DNA of 64,000 bases, from NCBI GenBank assembly GCA_951406725.2, contig OX597824.1, positions 2,418,001 to 2,482,000 on the forward strand, read 5' to 3'. The notes under the pieces are model-generated. The model saw only the letters and a program-made list of their open reading frames with translations, ran no database searches and was not told the origin of the DNA. The DNA comes from Octopus vulgaris. Its lineage: Eukaryota. The position numbers and the translations under genes were made by a program. Positions 13,652 to 27,338 of this stretch are shown piece after piece. How positions within the stretch are numbered: the first letter of the stretch is position 1; every line of letters begins with the position of its first letter.

Positions 13652-14129
13652 TATTATTATTAGTAGTAGTATTGTTGTGGTTGTTGTTTATCTTGTTCTT
13701 GTTATTGTTGTTGTTGTTGTTATTCAGTAGTCTTATTTTTATCACGTGATTTCACTGTACTACCTAGCGCAGCTCTGTGCGCCTTGGGTATGTGCCGTGT
13801 ATTATTACATATATATATAAATTTAAATTTTTCTTAGTGGTCATACCATATGGGGTCTACCTCTAGCATAATTGATGTCCACTTAGTGGTCATCCCTCCA
13901 ATATATATGTTATATATATATATAGACAAATGTTCACAATGTTGAATTTTTGAATTTCTGAATTCTTAAAAAGTTTCTTTAGTCTTTGTACGTTTTGGTG
14001 TGGTTCACAGTTTTTTAATTGTGCAGCTTATTCATATTGGCAGGTGCTTCCTTCCTGAATTTCTTTTTCATCTTGCATTCAATTGTGTTTTTGCAATAAA
14101 CTTTTGTAGATGAATCTGGTGTGTTTATT

Positions 14130-14214
14130 TTGATGGCCTATCAACATATACAGGGAGTTTCTTTACCCTAGGTGCCGTGAAGACACTCGGCAAGAAATGG
14201 AAACAAAATTAGAT
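14130..14214 (+). mobile_element. Retroelement 3'-end fragment followed by (TAA)n
   Basis: CCCTAGGTGCCGTGAAGACACTCGGCAAGAAATGGAAAC, similar to the reverse complement of 13578-13651. Confidence 0.55.
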
Positions 14215-14230
14215 GATAATAATAGCAATA

Positions 14231-14325
<95 letters not shown>

Positions 14326-17300
14326 CAGGTATGACTAAAATATTGCTTTTAAGTTTCCTATCAACAAAGAGAAAGAGAGGGGGACGGAGGGAGAGAGTCA
14401 CATTAATTTTATCAATTCGAGATATTCAAAATCCTCATTGGCAAAATTCCCAATAAAATATATTCCATGATATAACAACAGGACCTATTCCTATTTGGCT
14501 TTGGTATTGATGGCAATTTAGCCACATCATTAATTTTACAAATGGCTAATGATTGTTTTTATTATTTTTTGATAAATCTAACAAGATTTTATCTGACTTT
14601 ATTGTTGGTTTTTACAAATGAATAATGAAATACGTATTAAATTAAAATGCATGTAATGTTTTCTCTCCATCTGTCTGCTGTGTGATATTTAATTGAATCA
14701 TTAAATTAACTTCCGGCTTTCAGCAGACAAAAATAACATATATCTATCAATAGATAATTTCTTAGTTTTGGTAAAAGTCCAGCAATAGAAACATTATTTT
14801 ACCTCACATTACTCGTTTTGTAACTGTCCTTTGTCTGATGGTATGTGCACGTGACCATGACAGCGTAAACGTGTACGCTTAATTGATTTGGCATAGTTCG
14901 GTTGTACTTTTAACTCTGATTAAAGATCGAGTGTCTCAATCCAATGTAAAAGGTTCTACATAGTTGCCCCAGTTGTAAAAAGTAGCAGGGGAGCAGTCAA
15001 AGTTTCTTCAAATTACACTTAACTTCGAATTGGTTTGAAAGACACACAAGATGATGTAGTTCTTCATGATCCGAAAGACTAGGGCCATCCTGATACATTT
15101 CAACTTAGATCTATATGTTCAGAAACATCGTAGGGATCACCAATAACCAGGCTGTGCGGTTTTAGTTTCCATCTAACTGTACGTTATTATTTAATATTTT
15201 CATTGTTATAAAACTATAAACCACATTTGAGAGCCATGCCATAGTTATGCAGTAAGAAGCATTCCTGGCTTTGGATACATCACCATAAATTCGAAAAGTA
15301 ACGGATACAACCGATTGAGCCTAGACCGTGTAGAAGTTACTTTCTCCGAACCTTGTCAGATAAAACGTAAACACCATTCACGCCATAAAGTCAGAAATTA
15401 AAGGGATAAAATTACAAACTGAAAGGTTATTTGGTTTGTTTCGCTGAAGTTTCTGCATTTTGTTCGCCTTCTTTTGTAGTAGAACATAATAAAATGTTGA
15501 ATAGAATACAATAGAAACCTTTCTTGACATTTGCAGAAGCATGGTACATTCATTGAAATTTCAGTTGATTGTATTCAAAAGTTAAATACAAAAGATGAAG
15601 TGGTATAATTAAAGAGAATAAGTAAACTAAATTATGTCTATTCTTCTTACCTGATACTATATGTAAGTAGTATTCCATACAATCGAACTAACAAAGAAAA
15701 GCAGCGTGCATTCTAGAAATTTAATTTGTTTGAAATGGCTATAGATGAATTAAATAAATTCTGAAGACGATGTGTTACTTTTATAATGAAATTTAATTAA
15801 GTATGACTACTAACTTATTATAAATAGCCAACGAGTTTAACAGCCCGGTTCTGGTTTTCGTACAGTTCGGTTTGTTTCGAGTAATATTTTGCTTAAATCG
15901 AAAAACAGAGCCGGTCTTTGATTTAAGGTTCGTAATATTTCCTTACTTAGAGCTTCCGAAAGCATTCGGTACAGTTTGTGAGTTATGATTACAACGTAAC
16001 GGTAGAATATATTCAATGGACCGAAGTAAGTTTAGAAATAATCCAAGGACGCGAACATCTCCTTAACGTATCAAGATTTGATCCTATTTTCCTGGATCAA
16101 TATCTTACATTCTCCCAGATTGCTTCTTAATCCCAACACATACTGAAGCTCGAGAGATTTATTGAGACAACTGGCTTCGAGGAGGACTCGATTTAGAAGT
16201 CAGCAGTAAATAAGTGACGTCATGATTTGCTCTCCTCTTTGCTCATAAAACCACTTCCAATATAATGGAAACTGTTTCTGTAATAGAAACAATCTAGAGG
16301 CAAAACCTTACCACCACTACATCAATACCATTGAACTTTCTTCAAATCATAATGCTGCACGCCTGCCTGTCTACCTACATACATACCCACATACATACAT
16401 GCATGCATACATAAATATATACATATATACATACATACCTATATACATACACGCATACTACATATAACGACCACTTTGCCCTTAAATCGCATCATATCGT
16501 TTTAAAAATAGGACGACCATTGTTACTGTCTGATAGAATATACTATAAATAAAACTAAACGGCATCCTCAAGGCAGAAACACATTGGTTTTTAGGTATTT
16601 TCTTCCACGCTGATTAGGTATTCAGCAACAACAATGAAAAACACAAGTTCTATTTATTCTTGAAACGGTAATCTATATCAGTAATCCAGACTAATTTTTT
16701 AAGGCAGTTTTTTTCTCTTTGGTCACCATAATTTTCTCTCAGTATTTCAAGTGTTGGGGGCTCAAAATGTATCTAATATCAGTTGGTTGCTCTATCTCTC
16801 TTAAAACTCCTTTAACTACTAATGTCCCTCCAAACATTTATTCCAGTTCATCTCTTCTCTAATGTCATGAATCTTGAAGCAGTACAACGATTCCACATTG
16901 CTCCAGCAATCTTCACACTTCGATGTCATTAATGGAAAAGCAGAATAGTTTGCTCCTCTAAGCTATCCGTTCGAGTGAATATCATTACAAGCTTGCATTC
17001 TTCGCTGCCACACTGGTTTTCAAATTAATTTGGCCTCTTTTCCCTCTCTTCAATTCCAACGTTTAACCAGTAACCATCGCTTCCGCTACTCTTCATAAGG
17101 GCTTGCAAAGATCATGTGTTCAACAATGAATAAAAAAAAACCCATTGATTTGTCCTTCAGCACGTACTTAAATGAATATCCGAGAACGGGATTATCAAGT
17201 TTAAGATGTTAGTGTAAAGATTAGTTTGAATAAAATATGTTAAAGTCACATTTAAACACTCTTTTCTGCTGAATAAATATTTAAATTTTATTCCAACTGA

Positions 17301-18069
17301 TCAATATCGTTTATATTTGATTTGTGTAAACTGGACCTATTTAATTTATATTAGCAAATGTTTGATCAAGATATTCAAGTAAACTTTTAATTTCCTCCTC
17401 ACTAAACTTTATATCGAATCGAAAGTGCTATTGAAGCATGGAGAAGAATTATTGATTTATTCTTGATATTTATCTGTAGTTCAACATTATTTGCATTTAA
17501 AGTATTTTCGCTATTTCCGGCAGTTTACATTTTAATTATATATTCAACTTTATCTCAGAGCTGTAACATGTATTTTGATTCTCATTCACTTCTGATTTGT
17601 GATTAAGATCATTCAGATTAACGTGACTTTGTTGATTGAAGTCTAATTCTAAAAGTATGGAGATTCAGAATAAAACTTGCCGTTTGAATATGAATTTTGC
17701 AAATTGCATTAAATAGAATTTTCGCACTTATATATGTATGTATAACAATTTTTAATTGATAAATTGAAATTAAATATTTTCACCATACAATCTGAAATGT
17801 TAAGGCAGCAGAGAATTCTAAAGTTAAGTCTGTTAATTTCATATAATGAGTTTTTCAGTAGTCTTGGTAATGGAATAGGCAAATGAAGTGCGTTATAGCA
17901 ATTTATGAAGACGTGAATAGGTTAGTTGTTATTGAAGTTCGCTAATGGGTTCTATTAATGAGCTGCTCTAACAAAAGACATATTAAATATATTGGAAAAC
18001 TCATTCATTTTCATAAACATCCATAGATTTACTGCATGGATATCAATCAAGGAGGAATTGGAATTTGAG

Positions 18070-18155
<86 letters not shown>

Positions 18156-18360
18156 AAAATTGTCCTGTGGTAATAAGTGTACTCGGCACATCACCCAGAC
18201 TGTTACCTAAAAGGCTGAAGTATGAAAGCATATTGAAACTGACACTTGTATCTTATATACTGCATTGATTCTAATAATGGTCCGTGCGATCTGGGAAGAC
18301 TTGCTCTCATTAAACCTGATGATGACACTTCTGACAAATAAATCATAACAGATGTTGTCA

Positions 18361-18401
<41 letters not shown>

Positions 18402-18448
18402 TGTAGGTATGTAAATATATGTAAGCATATATGCATATATTTGTATAT

Positions 18449-18512
<64 letters not shown>

Positions 18513-18736
18513 ATTATTATTATCGTTGTTGTTATTATTTCTGTCATTAATTAAAATAGAACAAAGTTGGTTCTTTCCAAGACCAAAGTCAGCGCTCAAA
18601 TTGATCGATAGTAGTAGTAAACCCATTTAACCTTTGCTGAACGCAAGGGTGTGATGCTTCTTTTGTTTCCTGATCGCACAGGAATACGAAACGCCTTTCT
18701 TGATCTCCTCATCATCAGCCGAACCTAAGTCAAATC

Positions 18737-18818
<82 letters not shown>

Positions 18819-18901
18819 GTTATGATCCTAATAAGCCCGCTACGCATGCATGACTCCATGTGTTCGAACAAAACCTGTGATGAAAAGAAAATAATATTAA
18901 C

Positions 18902-19425
18902 AATAATAATGATTTCATTTATTTGCCACAAGGGCGAAAGATTGGGGGACAATACAAAGACAAACATAAATTGTGCGGGTTTACATATAACGAAATAATT
19001 TTAAAAATGGAAGAAAGGAAAAAGTAAGTATACACGGCATACACTGAAAAAGAAGGGACATATGCATAGCACAGAAAGGTTTTAAAACAAAAGTGGCGAG
19101 GAGGATGATAGAGATGTAACGCTCCTGATACTAGGGATAATCGAGGAAGCCCAGTGTCCAAGATTTCCCTGAAACCCCAGGAGCAAGTGCTCTCTCCAAT
19201 TCCTTCTCTCAGACTTTCAGGGCTACACTTATAGAGGTACCATCCACTCTTACCGCTTTCGTTATTTTCTCCCACCTTTCGATAAACTCACACGAGGACA
19301 GCATTTCCCTGTCCGTCCTCAATGAGAGCTCTACCAAAGAGGAATGTATCTGTCCCCATGCCTTTCTGTCTTGTCCACCAAACAACCTCTTTCACGACAG
19401 ACACCAGGCAAAGCAAATAGGCCTT
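18902..19425 (-). mobile_element. 5'-truncated copy of a related Tx1 subfamily (ORF2 C-terminus + 3'UTR)
   Basis: Minus strand reads AYLLCLVSVVKEVVWWTRQKGMGTDTFLFG, versus AVFLCLVAVAKEVVWWTRLKGLKSDTFLFG in the full copy; ends GCCCTTGTGGCAAATAAATGAAATC-ATTATTATT. Confidence 0.85.
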
Positions 19426-21266
19426 GACTATGGGGGTGTAGACATCCCTGCTCAAGCCGTATGATCATTTTATAGCTACGTTCATTACTAAATTCAATTT
19501 CTCACAGAGTTAAAGTTTAAATTAAGCTCAACGAGAGTGATGAATTATTTGTCGACTGTTTAATGCTTTAAAACTAGAAGTAAATTATTCTACGAAAACT
19601 GAAAAGAGAAATCACAATATTTCTGAAAAAAAAATTCTAAGAAGATGAAACGTTCATTTATGTATGAAAGATTTGTTCTTTAAGAGAATAAATTCCATCT
19701 CATCCAATAATTGTCAGAAATTCCAAGGATTTAGTATAAATCAAAATGAAAATTTTTATCTTCGAATATAACGTCTCTTCAGAAGTTTTGTAAGTCTTTT
19801 GACGTAGTATCTTTTGTTTTACATGATTTAATATATTTGGAGATATATTAAACTTCTCAAATTTCATGATTCGGGAAAAGAAAAAAATAAGCAAATAAAT
19901 AACTTTTATTTTTAATCTAATTACTTACGAATAAAGTTGGAATCTTTTTACATACGATTCTATTTGGAGACGTTCGCGAGAGGAAATGACGCCATGTGAG
20001 GCAGACATCCGTTAAAGTATCTTAAAATAAGAATTACAGAGAATAAAATATAACTTTGAAGAATGTAAAAACTTTTAAATTTCTTCGATTCCATATATTA
20101 CACCCATCTTAATGGAGAAACGAATTCTTTCTCATACAAATTAATTTAAATCCCGTAAATTGGAAATACGAATTGCCTAAAGCTTTAATCTAAAGGGCGA
20201 ATCTATTTTATTCTTGATTTTGTTATCATTTCTTTTCTTCCTAACTATTCTGTAATTCATTTCCACGCCAGGGAATTCGAAATTTCCACGCATTTTTAGA
20301 TACTTTTATTTGTTTCCACTTGGATATAATCTAATTAAATTAAAAAGATTTTTTTTCTCCATCATCAGAGAATTCAGAACAGCAGGATTCTGTTTTGATT
20401 AGTCTCCTCACCCTAATCCTCTAACATGTATTCTTACCACTAACTCAACGCATTAGCTGGAAAAAAATTATTCCCTTTCACATTACGATTACTCTGAAAT
20501 ACTGGGATACTTCTCAACCCACAGAATACAGACTTTCTAAATTTATGAGCTTCACACAATATTTTTTTCCTACCGACTTCGACCAATGACATTTTCCTCG
20601 ATCTCACTTTGATGTTTATTTGTACCGATGCCGAAATGGTTACGAAGTCTGGATTCGATCCTATTTCGTGCTATCTTGAACAAAAATAATTTATCATGCT
20701 CTCGGGTAGAAATGGGGAGACGGAAACTGTTTGGAAGCCCACCAGACAGATTGGAGCTCTGATGCCAATATATCGCGCCTTGTAATTCTGTGATATTGTC
20801 ATTCTGCCTGAGAATCACGTTAAGCGTACACCTATCTATGGCTTACGCAGCTTCACACAAGGAATTCACGATCAACGCAGTTGATTGAACAACTGAACTC
20901 TCATCATCGAAATTGACGGATATTCATTGAAGTGTGTGTATATGTGTGTATGTGTGTGTGTTTCTATGTGTGTGTCTGTGTGTAGTAGTAGTAGTAGTAG
21001 TAGTAGTAAGCTTTCGAAGTATTATACAGATCTCAGCATTAAGCTCTCCGCCAATTGCATGTCTGACAAGCATGACTTTGGTTGAGGTAGCATCACTTTG
21101 ATAGCATCATTCTGAAAATCCAGGACGTACAATGGCGGTGACAATATATATATATATATATAGATAGAACACACACAAGAACTGAGGTGAGAGAGTAGGT
21201 GTTTATTCCCTTCGTTTCTGCTGTAAAAACATGGGGCAAACATCCAATCTCTCATCTTACAACTCT

Positions 21267-21325
<59 letters not shown>

Positions 21326-22574
21326 ACATACACACATACACACATGCGTCCATTCATAACAAAGTAGGTGAAATATTTGGTGGGGTTCGAAGTGTTTTTC
21401 CTTTTAGTACAATTTTAAGATATGGAATATAAATGAAAATTATATTCAATATTTCCTATTGTGACAAAGCGTCCGTAAATACGAAAACTGAAATAAGCTA
21501 AATGAAAAACAAAACTATGCGCAAATAGATAAATTTAAGGCAACGAGGTTTTGGTCATAATTTAGTCGTTGGATTTTTAATACAAAATGCCTTTAATCTT
21601 TGATGAAAGGTGCAGAGAAAAAATCTCTCTCGTTTAATACACGATAATTATTGTTGAACTAATGTAACAGATGATGGTCGGTTTTACACCGAACATAGAT
21701 TTGCATGCAGCTTTTCTTCAAAGTCCTTTCTAACGCTGTATGACTTGAAAAATGACCAATTATATCTTATATTGCGAATAACTCTGTTGCTTTTGAAAAG
21801 TCTCAGCTGCGTTTATTTGAGTCTCGCTTACGTTAAACACCAGTCCTGATTCTAGCATAAAAACCACTTGTATTAAACTAAGCAGAAATCGAGCGATTTA
21901 TAAACGGATTGAGAGTGACGGTAAACTTTGCGACAATTTAAGGCGATTAATTGAATCATGACGTGATATAGAAGACTCTTAGAGAAAGCAGCGATCACAG
22001 TAATCTCGAAAATGGAATGACTTCTTGGATAATGTTATATTATTAAATATCATTATCTTCAGACTTCAGTTATTTTTTGTGTGATTTGCCATACAGATCC
22101 GCTCGAACAGACACACAATCACAAAAACAAGTGAGTACATATTTGTATGTGAGATGCTACAGATTTATAAAGAGTTAGTAAAAGATTTCTGTTGGTTCAA
22201 TTGATATAGAAATGGATAATCTAACTTTTAGAATACTTTCTACTTGTCTCTCAGGGAAGAAAAACGGATTAGCTACTGGTACCATAATTTTCACTGCCAA
22301 AGTACCAACAACAATCTGTTTCTCGGTAACAGTACGCAAAGCAATATGAAATATTAAATTCTTTATTCAACACGGCCAATTGAATTTACAAAATCTACCG
22401 TTACAAGATTTACGTGGGGCGTTTGGGGACCTTCATTTTGGGATCACCAATACCTTATTATTTCCTCTTCTTTCAATCTCTTCTATTAAACTGTTTTTCT
22501 AATCAGTCGCCATTCATGACCGCTAAATCCACGAGTTTTTCTCTTAATCTCCCTCTGTTTATTTTCTCTTATTC

Positions 22575-22611
22575 CTTTCTGTTGAAGAGCGTAGGCTCGA
22601 AACGTAAAAGA
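22575..22611 (+). ncRNA. Minimal type I hammerhead-ribozyme-like motif (Penelope type) with variant core CUGUUGA
   Basis: CTTT-CTGTTGA-A-GAGC(GTAG)GCTC-GAAA-CG-TA-AAAG: stem I CTTT/AAAG, stem II GAGC/GCTC, GUA cleavage triplet. Confidence 0.6.
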
Positions 22612-22680
22612 CTTTTTCATTATCACGCACGGGTATCAAATTAATACACCTGTTCTTGTCTTTTGTTATTCTGTAAATTT

Positions 22681-22753
<73 letters not shown>

Positions 22754-25325
22754 TATTCTTCACGTTTATTTTCTGTAAATGTTTCTAATATTAAAGTACT
22801 AGTGTAGAGTGACATAAGAAGAATTATATACTATAAAAATATTTGTGAGACAGATTCATTATAATAATATTATGTTTATTATTTTATAAATTACTTTCTC
22901 TTTTCATGTCATTATTAATTTCATATCTTATACTTACTGTGTGCTCGTATGTGTGTGTGTGTGTGCGTGCGTAGGTGTGCGCGTGTATATGTGTATATGC
23001 ACGTATGTATGTATGTGTATGTATGTGTATGTATGCACGTATGAATGTATGTGTTTGATGAGTCAACTGAGTTGCGTCAAAACGATTATATCTTTTGCGT
23101 TCCTCATTATGCTTCCCTTCAGATCATTAGTTTATGGCCGGTTTTTTTTTCAGTATGCATCACTCATTCTCAATAGATTACCAAACTAAATTACGTAGCA
23201 CTTTGGCATTTTCTCAAATTCTGCAATATCCAACTGACTTCTCTGTTTATTCGCAATTATTTTGTTTCAAAGATTACGTATTCCTTTCAGCAAATCTAAC
23301 ATTTTCAAATTCACTTTTATGTGCAGCGGTTTCGTTCTTTCAAGTATGATTATATTTGAGGATTTAGTATTCCCTTATGGAGAATGTACTTATGTCATTT
23401 GGAACTTATAGATGTATGTTCAAAAGTCTTGTTTATCTTAATATGTGCGTGAAGTTTTTTTTTTTATTCTATCGTAGAAAATGATAACTATAGTTCCCTA
23501 TGTGTTTTTATTTAATTCCAGATTTGTATATCAAAATAGACTCGAGTGCTTTCCAAGTGGCGATGAGAATATAAGATACAATTATTTTCATCATAATCAT
23601 CATAGCAATTCTATTAGTAAAAGTAAAATGTGCTGTACAAATTTTCGTATTTGAATAAAAGTGAAGTTATATGTGATATATCTGACGTATGGAATGGTAA
23701 CACAACAGTCGATGTAGTATCTCAGTAGGCCGCTGTCCAATGACCAAACCTGTAAAAGGATAACTGATAAGGTTGTCGAATTTAAAGACGAATCTCCAGC
23801 TTAGAGAACGATATCATAGACGTCTTAGAAAAGCTACAAATAATTGACAAATAACATATATTTATTATTTTATTTGTTTATTTTATTTTTACTACAAAAA
23901 TAACAATAATTATGTTTTTTTACGCTTAATTACGTATAAAAATTTTAGTTGTTAATTGGGAAAAATGTATGTGGATGTATAAGAAACTATTTTGAATGCA
24001 ACGTTAGTTTAAGAAAATATTTCGTTTTGTACAATTGTTTTCATGGGTGAAGTTTTGTATGTCAGTTGAGCTACATTTAATATTCTCAGAACATGGGCGT
24101 ATCACGACTTTAGCTAAACATAATGATCCCACAAAAAGTGTCCGTTGATTCCCTCCCAGCATCACATTTCAAGTGCGATAGAACCCGCAGAATATAACCA
24201 CTTCCTTTATGACAACTTTATATTGTATTTATTCTCGTTACCTCTTCTGTGGTTTCTGCAAAGTTAGATTTACAAATGTTCTACTTGTCATAACACAGGA
24301 AGCAAAGTGGTCTCTCACGCACGAGGTTCAGCGGAAATAATCTCGTCTCTTGATCAGCAAACCTCTCGTCATTATCCGTCACGAAAGCATCCTATTAAGG
24401 CTTCCCGTCTTTAAGCTCAACGTTTACTTCCTTTTCACTCTTTCTAACATACATTCTCTCAATATCTTCTACTCTACGCGGTCACATTATATATATCCAT
24501 ATTCGTTCAGTATATAAAAGAATTTATATTACTTTTATATGCAAACACATATACACAAATTATTGTGCTCCTGCAGCATTTTTAAAACTTCAATTTCTAC
24601 GCATAAACCCAGTCGCAAAGAGCAGCTGCGCCTCACCAGATAGACACGGATTCCAGGAATAGAGACTTCGAAACCATACATCTAAGTGATTTCCAGCTTC
24701 CTCTTCTTTAATATTACAAAGAATCGATCATTGCATATGAAGGAAACAATATTACTATACCTCACTGACCAATATACATGTGAGACTTAGAAAATCGATA
24801 TAAATAATCGATTTCACTGTATTTCATGATTTGATCTGTCATGGTGACTTCAAATATATAATATTAGCAAATAAACATCTCAGTGATTGGGTTTCTACTT
24901 CAGAACAAAACGCTACAGCAGTGAGTAATTTATCATATATAAGACTGAAATAAAACCCGTAATTGTACATAGATCCGTGTTAGTTCTTCTACTCTACATT
25001 CAGTAACACCAGAAAATACTTTAACCCTTGGCACAGGAGTGTTTCTTCGCTATGCCTCTTCTACATTGTTATATCCCACCATATATGTGTTTTTCCTTCT
25101 CTCATCCGTATTGTGTTGATAACTCGCAAACCTTACATGAGATATTCCTGTTCAATCGTTCCTTTTGTATGCAGGTTAAAACACATAGGATCACTAACAT
25201 AAATTACCTTCCAATTTTTACATATATATGTACGTATGATAACAATGCCAGGAGAAGAATGTATGAGTCTCTCCATAATATAGTAACTGTTGATTGTTGA
25301 GTTTAAATTCTAAAGAGTTAGGTGT

Positions 25326-25368
<43 letters not shown>

Positions 25369-25484
25369 CAAAGCAATTAAGATTCAAGTCAATTCCAATG
25401 AATTTACTTGAATGTGGTACTTAACTTAGATGCACCAGAAAAACTATATGGTGTTAACCATACAGTAATGTGAGGTGATTATAA

Positions 25485-25630
25485 ACGAGAAAAGAAGCAA
25501 CAAGAATCGGATTAGTTTTTAGTACAATTGTTTCATACAAAGACAGGCTGTTTTTGCAACTTGTAATAAAGCCTGTCTTTGTATGAAACAATTGTACTAA
25601 AAACTAATCCATTCTTGTTGCTTCTTTCTC

Positions 25631-25632
<2 letters not shown>
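25485..25632. repeat. Near-perfect inverted repeat (~64-bp arms, ~20-nt loop) within a TA-flanked ~270-bp insert
   Basis: ACGAGAAAAGAAGCAACAAG...AGACAGGCT / AGCCTGTCT...CTTCTTTCTCGT. Confidence 0.95.
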
Positions 25633-25688
<56 letters not shown>

Positions 25689-25691
25689 GAT

Positions 25692-25999
25692 CAGGACGTC
25701 ACTAACTGTGCAAACAATATGAAGTACGAAAACAAACGTGTTAAATGTGCAAACAACGAGAGAGAAAACTGGAAATCGGGACAAGTAACACGGAGAATGA
25801 CCCCTTCCTCAGATGGCAGCTGTCTATCTGTTCCTCATTTCGACTCTTTCGAAATGAGAAATAGCATGACAGTCGACAACTGATGAATGGTCGTTTTTCG
25901 TGTCACTTGTCCTGTTTTCTATTTCTTTCACTCGTTGTTTTCCTATTTAACACGTTTGTTTTCGTACTCCATGTTGTTTCCATAGTTGGTGACGTCCTG
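25692..25999. repeat. ~310-bp imperfect palindrome between TA arrays
   Basis: CAGGACGTCAC...CTCATTTCGA-CTCTT-TCGAAATGAG...GTGACGTCCTG. Confidence 0.9.
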
Positions 26000-26028
26000 T
26001 ACACATATATGCATGTATATATATATAT

Positions 26029-26333
26029 GGAGGCGCAATAGCCTAGTGGTTAGGGCAGCCGACTCGCGGTCACAGGATCGCAGTTTCGATTCTCAGACCG
26101 GGCGTTGTGAGTGTTTATTGAGCGAAAACACCTAAAAGCTCCACGAGGCTCCGGCAGGGAGTGGTGATCCCTGCTGTACTCTTTCACCACTCTTTCTCTC
26201 TCTCTTTCTTCTGTTGGCCTGCTCGCTTAGCCAGCGAGGTGGCGTCATTCGAAGGCTAAAACAATGCGAACGCATTGTGACCAGCGATGTGTAACAACAT
26301 CTGATGGTCTGGTCGGTCACGTGATCACGTGAT
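26029..26333 (+). mobile_element. SINE family B (tRNA-derived head), tail type 1 ending in TCACGTGA repeats
   Basis: GGAGGCGCAATAGCCTAGTGGTTAGGGCAG (A-box)...GTTTCGATTCTC (B-box); flanked by TA arrays. Confidence 0.9.
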
Positions 26334-27106
26334 ATATATATATATATATATATATGTGTTTGTGAGTGCATGTGTGTGTGCGTGTATATATACATATATA
26401 TATCATTTATATTATTATGTAATTTAACGCCACGCATCCATTTCCAAAGATATAGTGGAAGACACTGGGCCAATATTTCATTCCGCGGGGGTGAAGCCAG
26501 AACCATACGGTTGAGAAGGAACTTGTTACTACTCAACCACGTCTCAGCCACTTGAAGTGATAAACCCAGCTATCAAGAGCTATTTTTATCCCGCTGCTTA
26601 ATTAATTAGCAACATGAAATGACAACTAAAAAATATTTGCCGAACTTTACACAGGAGAATAGATAGGTTTGTTGTTTGTTTATAATTCATCGAGCTGTAG
26701 CTGGGTTTGAAGTTTTAAAGACCAAACTATGTTCAGAATGTTAATAAAATCACCGGAGTCATTAGAGCCAGACTGTAAATATTTTGTCATGCATATTTAA
26801 TTATTTCATGATTTATGTCCTGTTAAGTCATTTTTCTCGGACATTAATTGATTGACATATGTGCACCGCCAGATGATTTAATCTCGGCTTTGGCTGATAT
26901 AAAGTGTGTTTAACAGCGGTTGCCTGTTGTCGGGCAACATTTAAGTTGTTATTTCCGCAATGATCTCTCAAGCAATTATATCAGCCAAGTCGTTCTTCTG
27001 AAGCACTGAAAATATTTCTTTACATATCCTCTTCACGTAGGTTCTGTGTCTTGTGCATGCATGCACTTTGTGGGACCTAATTTCTTTCCATTTTGCCTTA
27101 ATATCT

Positions 27107-27338
27107 ATTCCCTTACTACCCACAAGGGGCTAAACACAGAGGGCACAAACAAGGACAGACAAACGAATTAAGTCGATTACATCGACCACAGTGCGTAACT
27201 GGTACTTAATTTATCGCCCCCGAAAGGATGGAAGGCAAAGTCGACCTCGGCAAAATTTGAACTCGCACATAATGACAGACGAAATACGGCTACGCATTTC
27301 GCCCGGCGTGCTAACGTTTCTGCCAGCTCGCCGCCTCT
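27107..27338 (-). mobile_element. SINE family A, full length, 17-bp TSD
   Basis: ATTTTGCCTTAATATCT at 27090-27106 and 27339-27355. Confidence 0.92.
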
